64,000 nt of DNA from Eledone cirrhosa (Eukaryota), in assembly GCA_964016885.1 (NCBI GenBank), contig OZ024741.1, positions 164,486,001 to 164,550,000 on the forward strand, given 5' to 3'. The number at the start of each line of letters is the position of its first letter. Within the stretch, counting starts at the first letter, position 1. Shown one piece after another: positions 37,001 through 48,832 of the stretch. The notes under the pieces were generated by a model. It saw nothing but the letters and a program-made list of their open reading frames with translations. It searched no databases and had not been told where the DNA came from. The position numbers and the translations under genes were made by a program.

Positions 37001-38881
37001 ATGTTGTGTTTATATGATGTCTTTATGTTGTGACTATATGATGTCTTTATGTTGTGTTTATATGATGTCTTTATGTTGTGACTGTATGATGTCTTTATGT
37101 TGTGACTGTATGATGTATTTATGTTGTGACTATATGATGTCTTTATGTTGTGACTGTATGATGTCTTTATGTTGTGTTTATATGATGTCTTTATGTTGTG
37201 ACTATATGATGTCTTTATGTTGTGTTTATATGATGTCTTTATGTTGTGACTGTATGATGTCTTTATGTTGTGACTGTATGATGTATTTATGTTGTGACTA
37301 TATGATGTCTTTATGTTGTGACTGTATGATGTCTTTATGTTGTGACTGCATGATGTCTTTATGTTGTGACTATATGATGTCTTTATGTTGTGACTCTATG
37401 ATGTCTTTATGTTGTGTTTATATGATGTCTTTATGTTGTGACTGTATGATGTCTTTATGTTGTGACTATATGATGTCTTTATGTTGTGTTTATATGATGT
37501 CTTATGTTGTGTTTATATGATGTCTTTATGTTGTGACTGTATGATGTCTTTATGTTGTGTTTATATGATGTCTTTATGTTGTGACTGTATGATGTCTTTA
37601 TGTTGTGACTATATGATGTCTTTATGTTGTGTTTATATGATGTCTTATGTTGTGTTTATATGATGTCTTTATGTTGTGACTCTATGATGTCTTTATGTTG
37701 TGTTTATATGATGTCTTTATGTTGTGACAGTATGATGTCTTTATGTTGTGACTGTATGATGTTTTATGTTGTGTTTATATGATGTCTTTATGTTGTGATT
37801 GTATGATGTCTTTATGTTGTGACTGTATGATGTATTTATGTTGTGACTATATGATGTCTTTATGTTGTGACTGTATGATGTCTTTATGTTGTGACTGTAT
37901 GATGTCTTTATGTTGTGACTATATGATGTCTTTATGTTGTGTTTATATGATGTCTTTATGTTGTGTTTATATGATGTCTTTATGTTGTGACTCTATGATG
38001 TCTTTATGTTGTGTTTATATGATGTCTTTATGTTGTGACTGTATGATGTCTTTATGTTGTGACTATATGATGTCTTTATGTTGTGTTTATATGATGTCTT
38101 ATGTTGTGTTTATATGATGTCTTTATGTTGTGACTGTATGATGTCTTTATGTTGTGTTTATATGATGTCTTTATGTTGTGACTGTATGATGTCTTTATGT
38201 TGTGACTATATGATGTCTTTATGTTGTGTTTATATGATGTCTTTATGTTGTGACTCTATGATGTCTTTATGTTGTGTTTATATGATGTCTTTATGTTGTG
38301 ACTCTATGATGTCTTTATGTTGTGTTTATATGATGTCTTTATGTTGTGACTGTATGATGTCTTTATGTTGTGACTGTATGATGTCTTTATGTTGTGACTA
38401 TATGATGTCTTTATGTTGTGACTATATGATGTCTTTATGTTGTGACTGTATGATGTCTTTATGTTGTGACTGTATGATGTCTTTATGTTGTGACTGTATG
38501 ATGTCTTTATGTTGTGACTATATGATGTCTTTATGTTGTGACTGTATGATGTCTTTATGTTGTGTTTATATGATGTCTTTATGTTGTGACTGCATGATGT
38601 CTTTATGTTGTGACTATATGATGTCTTTATGTTGTGTTTATATGATGTCTTTATGTTGTGACTCTATGATGTCTTTATGTTGTGACTGTATGATGTCTTT
38701 ATGTTGTGACTATATGATGTCTTTATGTTGTGTTTATATGATGTCTTTATGTTGTGTTTATATGATTTCTTTATGTTGTGACTGTATGATGTCTTTATGT
38801 TGTGATTATATGATGTCTTTATGTTGTAACTATATGATGTCTTTATGTTGTGTTTATATGATGTCTTTATGTTGTGACTGT
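28029..38881. repeat. 24-bp minisatellite, about 450 units (ATGATGTCTTTATGTTGTGACTGT and variants) with higher-order structure
   Basis: Direct reading. Variants lie at the unit end (GACTGT/GACTAT/GTTTAT/GACTCT/GACAGT). Recurring 23-nt units mark 2826- and 2994-bp periods. Confidence 0.97.
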
Positions 38882-40629
38882 TCTAGTAGAACTATTGAAA
38901 TCTTCTTTTCATATATATCTAGTGGACTCTATCTTTGGTAGTTTTGTGGACAGAGAGATAATCCTTCCAGGTGTTCAAGTTATTGAATTACAGAATAGCA
39001 AGACCATATGAGGTCAGGGATTAGAGAAGAAGCATGAAAGGGAAGGGATTTGCAATGGAGTTAAGTTGTGTAGAAGATTGGGTACAGCATTTTATTATAT
39101 ATTGAATAAAAATTGTTTGTAAATTGACAGATTTATTAGAGTATTGGACAAAATAACTTGTGATATTTGTACAGGTTCTTTACATTCCGAGTTCAAATAA
39201 TCACTGATATCAACTTTACCTTGCTTCCTTTTAGGATCAATAAAATAAAGAACCAATCAGATATTGTCTAAGTCTAAGTCTAAAGTCTGTCTTAAGCCAG
39301 AAGGCTTGTTAGACCAGTGCTTATCCTAGTTTCATGGCATGAAGCGACGGAAGGAATAAGACTCCCCTGGACAGGACACCAGTCTACCCCAGGGTTAAAT
39401 CCCCAGCTATTGCTGGTACTCATTTTCAGCTAAATATACTGGAACAACATGAAATGAAGTGTTTTGCTCAAGAACACAACATGTAACCCAGCCCAGGAAT
39501 CGAACCCATGGCATTATGATTGTAAGTTCTACACCCTTACTACTAGGCCATGTGCCTCCCATATTAGGATCGGCATAAATGACTGCTTTTCTCCCCCATT
39601 TCCCACTCAAAAAAAGTGTCTGGTCTTGTACCTACTTTAGAAACAAATATCTTAAAATGAAACAAAATATGAGATAATTGTTTCTACTTTTGGCACAAGG
39701 CCAGCAATTACCCAGTGTATTACTAGCACTTATTTTATCGACCCCGTAAGGATGAAAGGCAAAATATGAGATAATGTTGAGGGGATGGAAATATAGTACA
39801 ACAATATATATTCGTATTATATGACAATAGAGCAATTTTTCATAGGCACAAATATAGTAATTATTATATTCCTCTCTTATTTCAATAGTTCCCAGCAATG
39901 CCTAAACTTTATTCATTCTCTTACAAATTGTCTTGAGGATAAAGCTAACACAGGAAGAAAAAAAAGACTGATAATTCAAAGAAAGTTGCAAAGAATAGCC
40001 ATAAGTTTGTATTTAAAAGTCTATTCATTCGTCAGATTGTTTTTGTAATAGCATTTCTCCAATAATTATTGATTATCTGTGAATGAAAATATCTGAGTGG
40101 AACAAACTGCAACTTTAAAAGGAAATCTAGCAGACTATATGAGACTGTAATAATATTTGTGGAGCAAATATCTGGAGTAAAATAAACAGTGGAACTGGTC
40201 ATGGTTGTGGTAGTGTTTCTATTGGTGGAGTGGTGTTGGTAGTGTTGCTACTAGTGGAGTGGTGTTAGTGGTGTAGCTACTAGTGGGGTGGTGTTGCTAC
40301 TAGTGGTGGTGGTATTGCTACTAATGGGGTGGTGTTTGGTGGTGCTGCTACTAGTGGGGTGGTGTTGTTACTAGTGGAGTGGTGTTGGTGGTGTTGTTAC
40401 TAGTGGGGTGGTGTTGTTAGTGTTGCTACTATTGGGGTGGTGTTGGTATCATTAGTGGAGGGAAGTATTGCTATTAGCAGGATGGTGTTGTTACTAGTTG
40501 TGTCAGTGATGGGGTGAGTCGAGAGGAGTGGTGAAGTTGTGGTGTTGTTATTAGTATCAGTAGTGGTTTTATTATTAGTGGTGTTTAGTACAGTGGCTGG
40601 TGTTCATAGTTATGGTGACGGGTTGCTGA

Positions 40630-41087
40630 TAGAATACAGTAATATATATTTCACTATGGAGTGCAGTAATATATTCTCCACAATAGAATACAGCAGTATA
40701 TACTCCACAATAGAGTACAGTGGCATATACTTCACAATAGAATACAGTAGTATATATTCCCCAATAGAGTACAGTAGTATAAACTTCACAATAAAGTACA
40801 GTAATATATATTTCACAATACAGAATAGTAACATATACTCCACAATAGAGTACAGTAGTATATACTCCACAATAGAGTACAGTAGTATATACTTCACAAT
40901 AGAGTACAGTAGTATATACTTTGCAATAGAGTACAGCAGTATATATTCCCCAATAGAGTACAGTAGCATATACTTCACAATAGAATACAATAGTATAAAC
41001 TTCACAACAAAGTACAGTAATATATATTTCACAATAAAGTACAGTGATATATATTTCACAATAGGGCATACTAATATATATTCCATA
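40630..41087. repeat. 27-bp degenerate minisatellite, about 17 units (ATAGAGTACAGTAGTATATACTCCACA)
   Basis: Direct reading; translates as repeated IEYSSIYST. Confidence 0.85.
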
Positions 41088-41710
41088 ACAGAAAGTATAG
41101 TAGCTACAATAAGAACAGGATGGAAAAAATTCAGGGAGTTACTACCTCTGTTGACAACTCTCTATGAATAAAAGACTTGTTGATGGACACACTGGAAGAG
41201 GAAGACCGAAGTTAACATATGTTGATGCCTTAAGGACAGACACTGATCTGTTGGAGACACAGGATATGGCAGCAATAATGAAGGACAGAGACCGCTGGAG
41301 AGAACTCGTCCATGGATCTCGGGAATTTTACCCACCCTAGATAGATATGTGAAGGCTAGAGAGAAATGAAGTGATTATGTCTTGGTGGATGTGTGATGTT
41401 AATATGCATGAAATACAAAGTACAGCTAAACTAAGAGAAAAACTGGATTAAAGAGGAATCATGAAGAAGACTGTGCTGGTATGGACATGTGATTCATAAG
41501 GGTGATGTTCGTTGGGTGAAGAAGTGTCAGAAGTTCCCAGTGGAAAGAATCTGAAGATGTAGAAGACCAGCAAAAACTTTGACAGCAAAATACTGAAACT
41601 TACAGAGGAGATGACAAAAGTATGCAAGAAATTGAGGGAGCCTGTGCTAGAAAAGACTCATCTAACCCATACAAGCATGGAAAAAAGGATGTAAAATGGA
41701 TTATGATTAG
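41088..41710 (+). mobile_element. Old RTE LINE 3' fragment interrupted by a second LINE fragment (about 41175-41340)
   Basis: ESIVATIRTGWKKFRELLPLL matches ESTVARVRTGWKKFRELIPLL of the 45-48 kb LINE. The inner piece encodes GRGRPKLTYVDALR...DRDRWRELV. Ends with the RTE tail 'tctaacccatacaagcatggaa'. Confidence 0.7.
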
Positions 41711-42003
41711 AACATAGTAACATATATTTCCTTACATTAAAGGTAACTTTCTAACTTATTACAGCTGCTTATCAGTGTTCCTCCTTGTCGGGGATATATA
41801 AAAGAGGAACTGGATCTATGCTGGATCCTATATCATTGGTAAATAGAAAAACCAAACCACCTGAAACTACCCCTGGGTCAATAAAACATAACTGTCTGTT
41901 TTAAAGTGTTTATATTTATCTAAAAACCTTCCATCATAATTTTATGTATGAAGTTTGTTACATTTCATCCACCAGCTTGATAATGTGAAAATTAATTATA
42001 AAT

Positions 42004-42238
42004 AAGTCTTTCCCTGATTATAAAACTTTATTAAGCAAAATATAAACAATATAGAAAAACAGTTTTTGGCACACTTATTTTTTTCATTCACACATGAACT
42101 TCAGTGAACTGAAGTTCATGTGTGAATAAAAAACTTTGAGACATAAGTTATAAGAGTGCCAAAACTGTTTTTCTATATCGTTTATGTTTTGCTTAATAAA
42201 GTTTTATAATCAGGGAAAGACTTTATGTTCACCCTGTA
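42004..42238. mobile_element. Tc1/mariner-type palindromic MITE
   Basis: Near-perfect fold-back of about 100 bp per arm centred on cttcagtgaactgaag. The right end reads TA-CAGGGTGAACATAAAGTC on the minus strand (mariner-like TIR plus TA); the left terminus is truncated. Confidence 0.75.
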
Positions 42239-42833
42239 TTACTAAATCCCTTCAAATTCTTTGATAATTACAGGCAGTGTCTTTCATTAGAAATATGTAA
42301 GATGGGTTAAACATGATAATGATATGTTGTCTTTCCTACCTCCAGCCACCCAACTGTGAAGTAGGGAGTGCTAGAACCTATTTGGTTAAGTCAGGTGCAC
42401 TGAAACAATCTAGTTAGGTGCCTTACTCATGGCTACACTCAACCAGTTCTGAATTTACAATTACAAAGTTAATTAATGGGGAACTTTAACCTCTCAGCTA
42501 TTTTGATCCCATGTAAAATGCTGCAATGACACTCATGGCTTGATGCTGTTAGAAAAGCAGCAATGTTTTTAATTGATTAGATTAATTAATTACTAAATAT
42601 AAATGGTTGAATTAATTGCCTCATTCTAAGAACTTTTCAGACCAGCTCAACTAATGATAGTTTCTCTTTTGATGAAACTAATATGCATGATATGTGTTTC
42701 TTAGCGAATAATAATACTTGAGAATCAGTTGGGTGAAACGTGCGTCCTTGAGGATGGTTTGCTAATTTGTTGTCGAACTAACTTCCTATATATCATCATC
42801 GTGTGTGTGTGTATTTATATATATACACATGGC

Positions 42834-42913
<80 letters not shown>

Positions 42914-43505
42914 CAGCAAAATGCACCCAGCACACACTGTAATTGTGGTTGGCGTTAGGAAGGGCATCAAGCCATAGGAAACGAGCAAGAAACAGTTCTA
43001 TACGAGTGAGACACAGTCACCCGACCCAACTTGCCTCAAATGGGTCATACTCGTCTAACCCATGCTAGCATGGAAGATAGACATTAAATGATAATGATGA
43101 TGATATATATATATATATATATATAAAGATTTAAAAATGGGAGATATCTACTTAGTTATATAAGTGAAAAGTAAATGCAAAAGCAAAGCAAAACAGGGAA
43201 TGATACAATGTGTTTTCATCCCAAATAGCTATCCATGGATAACTCTTTTATTGATGTAATGGTGGTGAATAGTCCTGATGTAGTAGAGTCTTAACATATC
43301 AGACGTCAGTCTTTCATCAGCAGATAGAATGAGAGATAAAGCAGAGAAAGATAGATGAGAGGAAGGAATGAAAAAAAAAAAAATTTAACAGAAGAAAAGT
43401 ATGTGGGTTAACCATTTTTAGGGAAGTGTAGGTCAGAATATATCTTAAAGATGAAAGATTTTAAAAAGGAGATATTCCTTGCATATTTTGAGTTAACATG
43501 TGTGT

Positions 43506-43539
<34 letters not shown>

Positions 43540-43543
<4 letters not shown>

Positions 43544-44460
43544 ACGTGTTTTTTGCATTTATTAGTTTTTTTCTTTTGTGTACTTTATATCTGTTTTTTT
43601 TTAGGTTTTGTTCCATGTGATGGAAATTCTAACTATGTACCCGACTAACTACTACCTTTCATACTGTAATTTACCCTCCGTTCTACTGTACGGTACTATC
43701 GTTCAGTATGTAGATAATATAACTGTAACATTAATACCCTTTTCAAAACTTCTTACTTAAACATCTCTCTACGTAGTAGATAGTATAGGTGCATATATTA
43801 TTTACTCACTTCAATCTATATTTTTTTTACTCACCTCAATCTAGATTCTCACTTGAAAATTTTTTAATTTTTAATTATTAATTTTTAATTTCTAATTTTT
43901 GATATTTGATTTCTGATTTTCGATTTTTGATCTTTAATTTTTAGTTCTAATTTCCAACTCTCATTCATAACTTCCACCGTGAAACCATGATACCTAGAAT
44001 TAAGTATATTTTCTCTTGGAGGTTGATGGTCAATTATACTGTCCATGCTTAATGAGGGGTAGTATTGAAACCTATTAATACTCATACTCTCCCATCCCCA
44101 CTGGCTTTCGGCTGACTGCCACGGACAGGGTAGGTAGCAGTAAGCTATATATAAAAGGCCTGAATGGGTCATTGTTTGGCTGAGAGGGGGAACTGACTAA
44201 GCGAATTTCGTTGAAATCTGCGGTAGCTAATGGTCAACTTCCTTCGGACCTGCGCCTGCGCAGACCGGTGGGGGCAAATTGGTACTCACAGGGGAATGGA
44301 AGAACCCAAAAGCACACACTTCGTCCGTTCTCATGTCAATTCAATTTGGATTGCCTCGGAAACATAACCTTATTATGTAACAAGCTGTCTGACGATGTCG
44401 CGGCACTGGCGCACGGAACAGTGTGGCCACTGTCGCCATTGAAATATATATCACAGCATT
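43540..44460 (+). mobile_element. Putative Penelope-like element pLTR remnant with hammerhead-like motifs
   Basis: Starts at a (TA)n tract; T-rich body; TATA-like ctatatataaaagg; motifs CTGACTA...GAAA (44193-44216) and CTGACGA...GGAA-CAGTG-tggc-CACTG-TC (44389-44434). Confidence 0.4.
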
Positions 44461-44470
44461 ATTATTAAAA

Positions 44471-44660
44471 GCAGTGGATTGGCAGTATCGGTAGAGGGTC
44501 GGACGCCATGCTTCCTAGCATAGATACATCCCTTTACAGTCTGAGTTCAAATCCCGCCGAGGTTAACTTTGCCTTTCATCCTTACAGGGTCGATAAAATA
44601 AAGTACCAGTAATGTACTGGGTAATTGCTGGCCTTGTGCCTAAAGTAGAAACAATTATTA
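44471..44660 (+). mobile_element. tRNA-derived SINE (family 2), full length
   Basis: A/B boxes, Meta-like core, and 'gctggccttgtgcctaaagtagaaacaattatta' tail. Confidence 0.82.
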
Positions 44661-44707
44661 AAAGACTTGAACATCTGAAACTACTTTGCTTTTCCTTATT
44701 CAAATTC

Positions 44708-44778
<71 letters not shown>

Positions 44779-44858
44779 CAGAGGAGTTGTGGTAAGGAAC
44801 CAGATGGACCATAACGCACCAGAGTACTCGATACTTAGAGTAGTAGAGTGGGCAATAG

Positions 44859-44994
44859 AAAAAAGTATGACCCCGACGGCAGAGCTCAAGCTGTTTCGAC
44901 GGTTATTTCTGGACCCTCACTAGTAGAAGCGATCTTTAGTCCAGAAATAGCCGTCGTAACGGTTTGAGCTCTGCCGTCTGGGTCATACTTTTTC
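44859..44994. repeat. About 55-bp imperfect inverted repeat (hairpin) embedded in (TA)n
   Basis: aaaaagtatgaccccgacggcagagctcaagctgtttcgacggttatttctggac / gtccagaaatagccgtcgtaacggtttgagctctgccgtctgggtcatacttttt. Confidence 0.85.
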
Positions 44995-45026
<32 letters not shown>

Positions 45027-45303
45027 TGTGTGTTTGTGCAAAGCTGTGAGGGTATGAAGATTGGATGCACATCAGATCATCACAAAGCTGTTGGAAGAGT
45101 AAAAATGTTGTGAGTGTGCATGCATGAGTTGACTAACTTAGGAAGTGACAATGGGTGACCAGTGGGGTAGGTGTGAGCATTATTTTCACCTATGTATGTG
45201 AATTTAGGGATACATATACAGTCATACACACTAGTAGAAGCGATCTTAAGGTGTGGCAAGGAAACTATGGCAGTGACAAGTATGGTTGTCATATATATGG
45301 TTG

Positions 45304-45358
<55 letters not shown>

Positions 45359-45362
<4 letters not shown>

Positions 45363-48300
45363 CATCATCATCATCATCAACGTTTAACGTCCGTGTTCCA
45401 CGCTTGCATGGGTTTGGACGGGGGTATTCCCACTTGAGGCAAGAGTGATTGTCTTGCTTGCATAGGACTGTCTGGCAGGTTTTCTACAGTTGGATGCCCT
45501 TCCTAACACCAACCACATTTACAGTGTGGGTCTGGGAGGTTTTTACCGTGTTGCCTACACGGCCACATTACAGCGTGGACTGTGTGTTTTTTTGTTGTGA
45601 CACCTACACGATCTCATTTGTTTCGGCCTGGATGGTGTGGCACCAACATAACTTTACATAGGAGGGGGTGGTGTGGATGGGGTGTGGGTGGTGGGACGGG
45701 GGTGTATTTTGTTAGAGATGCCTACTGGCTGTAGTAGGTTTTACTATGTATTTAGGTAAGGCGGGTCTTCTCTATTACTGAGTACCGCTAAAGGTCTCGG
45801 TCCAGTGACATTGTCTTGGTGAGGTGTAAGTGTGTGAGGTCGGAGTTTATCAGCTCATCCCAGGTTTTTCTGGGTCTGCCTATTCCGTGGCTACCGTCTA
45901 TCTTTATTGCCCTGCACTTTGTTATACAGCTATCGTCCTTCATGCGCATTACGTGACCATACCAACGTAGCTTTCTCTCGAGTAGACAACATCTGATCCC
46001 TCTTATTTCTAATTTTTTCCTTAGTTCGTTTATGCTTTGTCGTTCACGTATATTACTATTACACATCCAGCGGAGCATGCAAGCTTCGTTTCTCTCTAGT
46101 CTGCGTATATCTTCTGCACACAATGCCCAGGTCTCACTGCCATGCAACATTGCTGTTCGTATGCAGGCATCGTACAACCTGCCTTTCATTTTTAGGGAGA
46201 ACCCTTTAGCGGCTAATAGTGGTATAAGCTCTCTGAACTTTTTCCACCCAGTTCTGACTCTAGCTACTGTACTTTCAGAGCACCCTCCCCCACTGCTGAT
46301 TTTGTCACCCAGGTAACGGAAGCTGTCCACTATTTCTATAGAACCCTCTGTGCAGTTGAAAGAGCTAGTATTTTGTGGGCACTTGCTGCTACTTTTGCAC
46401 CAGAGCACCGGCCACATGTAAAATCTATGTTCTTAGTTAGCTTACCTGTGATACCACTACATCTTTTATGCACCCAAACTTTGCATTTGGGACACAAAAT
46501 GGAGTTTCTACCTACGCCTTTCCTACACTCTGCGCATGGCCACTTCCCGGAGGGGACCGCCGCCTTATTTTCTTTCTTAAAAACTAGAACTTTAGTCTTA
46601 GCCAGGTTAATTTTAAGGCCTTTTGATTCTAGGCCGTGCTTCCATGTTTGGAATTTCTTCTCTAGCTCGGCCATTGATTCAGCTATGAGCGTTAGATCAT
46701 CTGCGTATAGGAGTTCCCATGGGCAGCCGGTCTTGAACTCCACTGTTATAGCCTGGAGGGCAATAATAAATAGTAGGGGGCTAAGAACAGATCCCTGATG
46801 AACACCAACTTTTACACTAAACTCTTCACTATATTCGTTGTTAATTCTAACCTTGCTGACTGTTTCTTTATACATGGCTTGTATAGCTCTCACAAGCCAT
46901 TCATCAACACCTAGTTTTCTAAGAGCCCACCAGATAATGGAACAGGGGACTCTATCGAAGGCCTTCTCCAAGTCGACGAAAGCTAAGTATAAGGGTTTAC
47001 TTTTAGCTAGGTACTTCTCCTGTAGTTGTCGTACAATGAAAAGAGCGTCTGTGGTACTTTTTCCTGACACAAACCCGAACTGCATTTCATCTAGATCAAT
47101 TCGCTCTCTGATTAGTTGCGCTATTACTTTTTCCGTGACCTTCATGACCTGGTCGATTAATTTAATGCCTCTATAGTTACTCCTATCTAGGGCATCTCCT
47201 TTACCCTTATAACAGTTAATGATGATGCTGCTACGCCAGTCCTTCGGAACAACCCCATTCTGTATGACTTGGTTGACTATCCGGGTGACCATGGTGTGTC
47301 CCACCGTACCAGATGGCTTCAGCATCTCGGCAACTATTTCCGAAGGCCCAGCCGCCTTGCCTGTCTTCATATCTTTGATTGCCTTACTTATTATACTACC
47401 CTTGACTAACACTGCTGGTACCTCTATTGGGTCGATGTGGGGGAGACTGTCTTTCTCCCATTTATTCTCCTCATTTAGTAGCCTTTCATAGTGACACTTC
47501 CAAGCTACCTTCTTATCGGCGTCGGTGATGGCAAGTACGCCGTCATCGTTAAGTACACACTTCTCCCCGACAATATCACTGTTTTCCTTGACACATTGCC
47601 TAGCAATCCTGAACACCTCACGTTTTTGGTCCTCACGTTGTAGAACATGCTTGAACTTTCTTTCCTCTGCTTCCCTTCTTGCGAAGTACACTTGTCTCCT
47701 AGCTTCTCTCCTGGCCACTTGATAGTCTTCTCTGCTTCCCCCATCCTGCCATACTTTCCAAGCCTGCTTTTTGGCCTTAATTGACCCCTCCACCTTACTG
47801 TTCCACCACCATGTTACTCTCCTCCTGCCTACAGGCCTGCTCCAACCACAGACTTCGTCTGCCGCCATCAGCAGGTTTGCTTTCAGGAATTCCCACTGCT
47901 CCTCTATATTGTACGACTCTAATTGCTCTTCCTTACTGTCGAAAGCATCAAGTAGTATACTTTTGAATTTATTTCTGGCTGTGGGGTCCTTTAGCTTCCA
48001 TATTTTTCTCCTGAGGATAGTCCTCTTCTGTTGTCTAGTACGTCTCGTCCTGACTATTAGGTCGCTAATTATCAGGCTATGTTGGGAGGTGCATTCTTCA
48101 TGGGGGAGGGAGTTAGTGTTTACAACAGTCACTTTGTCACGTCTTCTGGTAAGGATATAATCTACCTGGCTGGTATGTTCCCCTGATCTATAGGTGATCA
48201 AGTGATTGTCTCGTTTTTTGAAGTTAGTGTTGCAGATAGTTAGGTTATTTGCGTCACAGAATTCCAGGATTCTGGAGCCTTCCTCATTTCTAGTACCAAA

Positions 48301-48609
48301 CCTATAGCCTCCATGGATTTCGTCGTAGCCGTCACAATGTTGTCCAACGTGACCGTTTAGGTTGCCTGCAATAATTATATAGTCACTGTCGGTTATTTGG
48401 GAGGTAGTGAGCATCAGTGTCTTATAGAATCTGTCTTTTATAGTGCTGGGCAGTCCGGATTGGGGTGCGTACGCGGATATTACTGTCACCGTGGTTCTAT
48501 TGAGGACAAGTCTTATTTTAATTATTCTGTCGTTCACTCTATTTACGTCTATTATCTTATCTGCCCACTTTTCTGCTACCATGATTCCTACCCCACCCAG
48601 CCCATTGTC

Positions 48610-48612
<3 letters not shown>
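45359..48612 (-). mobile_element. RTE-clade LINE, 3.25 kb, 5'-truncated within the APE domain
   Basis: APE motifs (YAPQ, AGNLNGH, QVDY), RT motifs (QFGF, FVDLEKAFD, GVHQGSVLSP, LLYADD) and the RTE C-terminus (LRWYGHV, GRPRKTW). (GAT)n tail; flanked by (TA)n. Confidence 0.95.
45752..48610 (-). pseudogene. RTE APE-RT polyprotein, disrupted
   Basis: Real homology starts near 48610 (DNGLGGVGI). There is one frameshift near 46370-46385 joining ORFs 46336-48894 and 45788-46417. A premature TAG at 45788 replaces TGG (DRDLW) seen in the 16.2-kb copy. Confidence 0.88.
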
Positions 48613-48646
<34 letters not shown>

Positions 48647-48832
48647 CCATACCTACGACATAGGACAGGATGACAACCATACTTGTCACTGCCATAGTTT
48701 CCTTCTACCTGGAGTTGCGACTGATAGATAGTATTAGCAATTGGAAAGACCAACGGAAACATTGTTCCCTCGGTCCGATTTGACGAAAGTCGATCGTTCT
48801 TATATATATATATATATATATATATCTCCAGT

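Noticed and set aside
28077-38941. Long Cys/Met-rich ORFs (CCDCMMSL repeats) resembling a metallothionein- or keratin-associated-like protein
   Set aside because: These arise from a 24-bp (multiple of 3) stop-free unit. Recurrent 1-bp deletions break the frame, there is no unique N- or C-terminus or splice signal, and the ORFs are antisense within a CASK intron.
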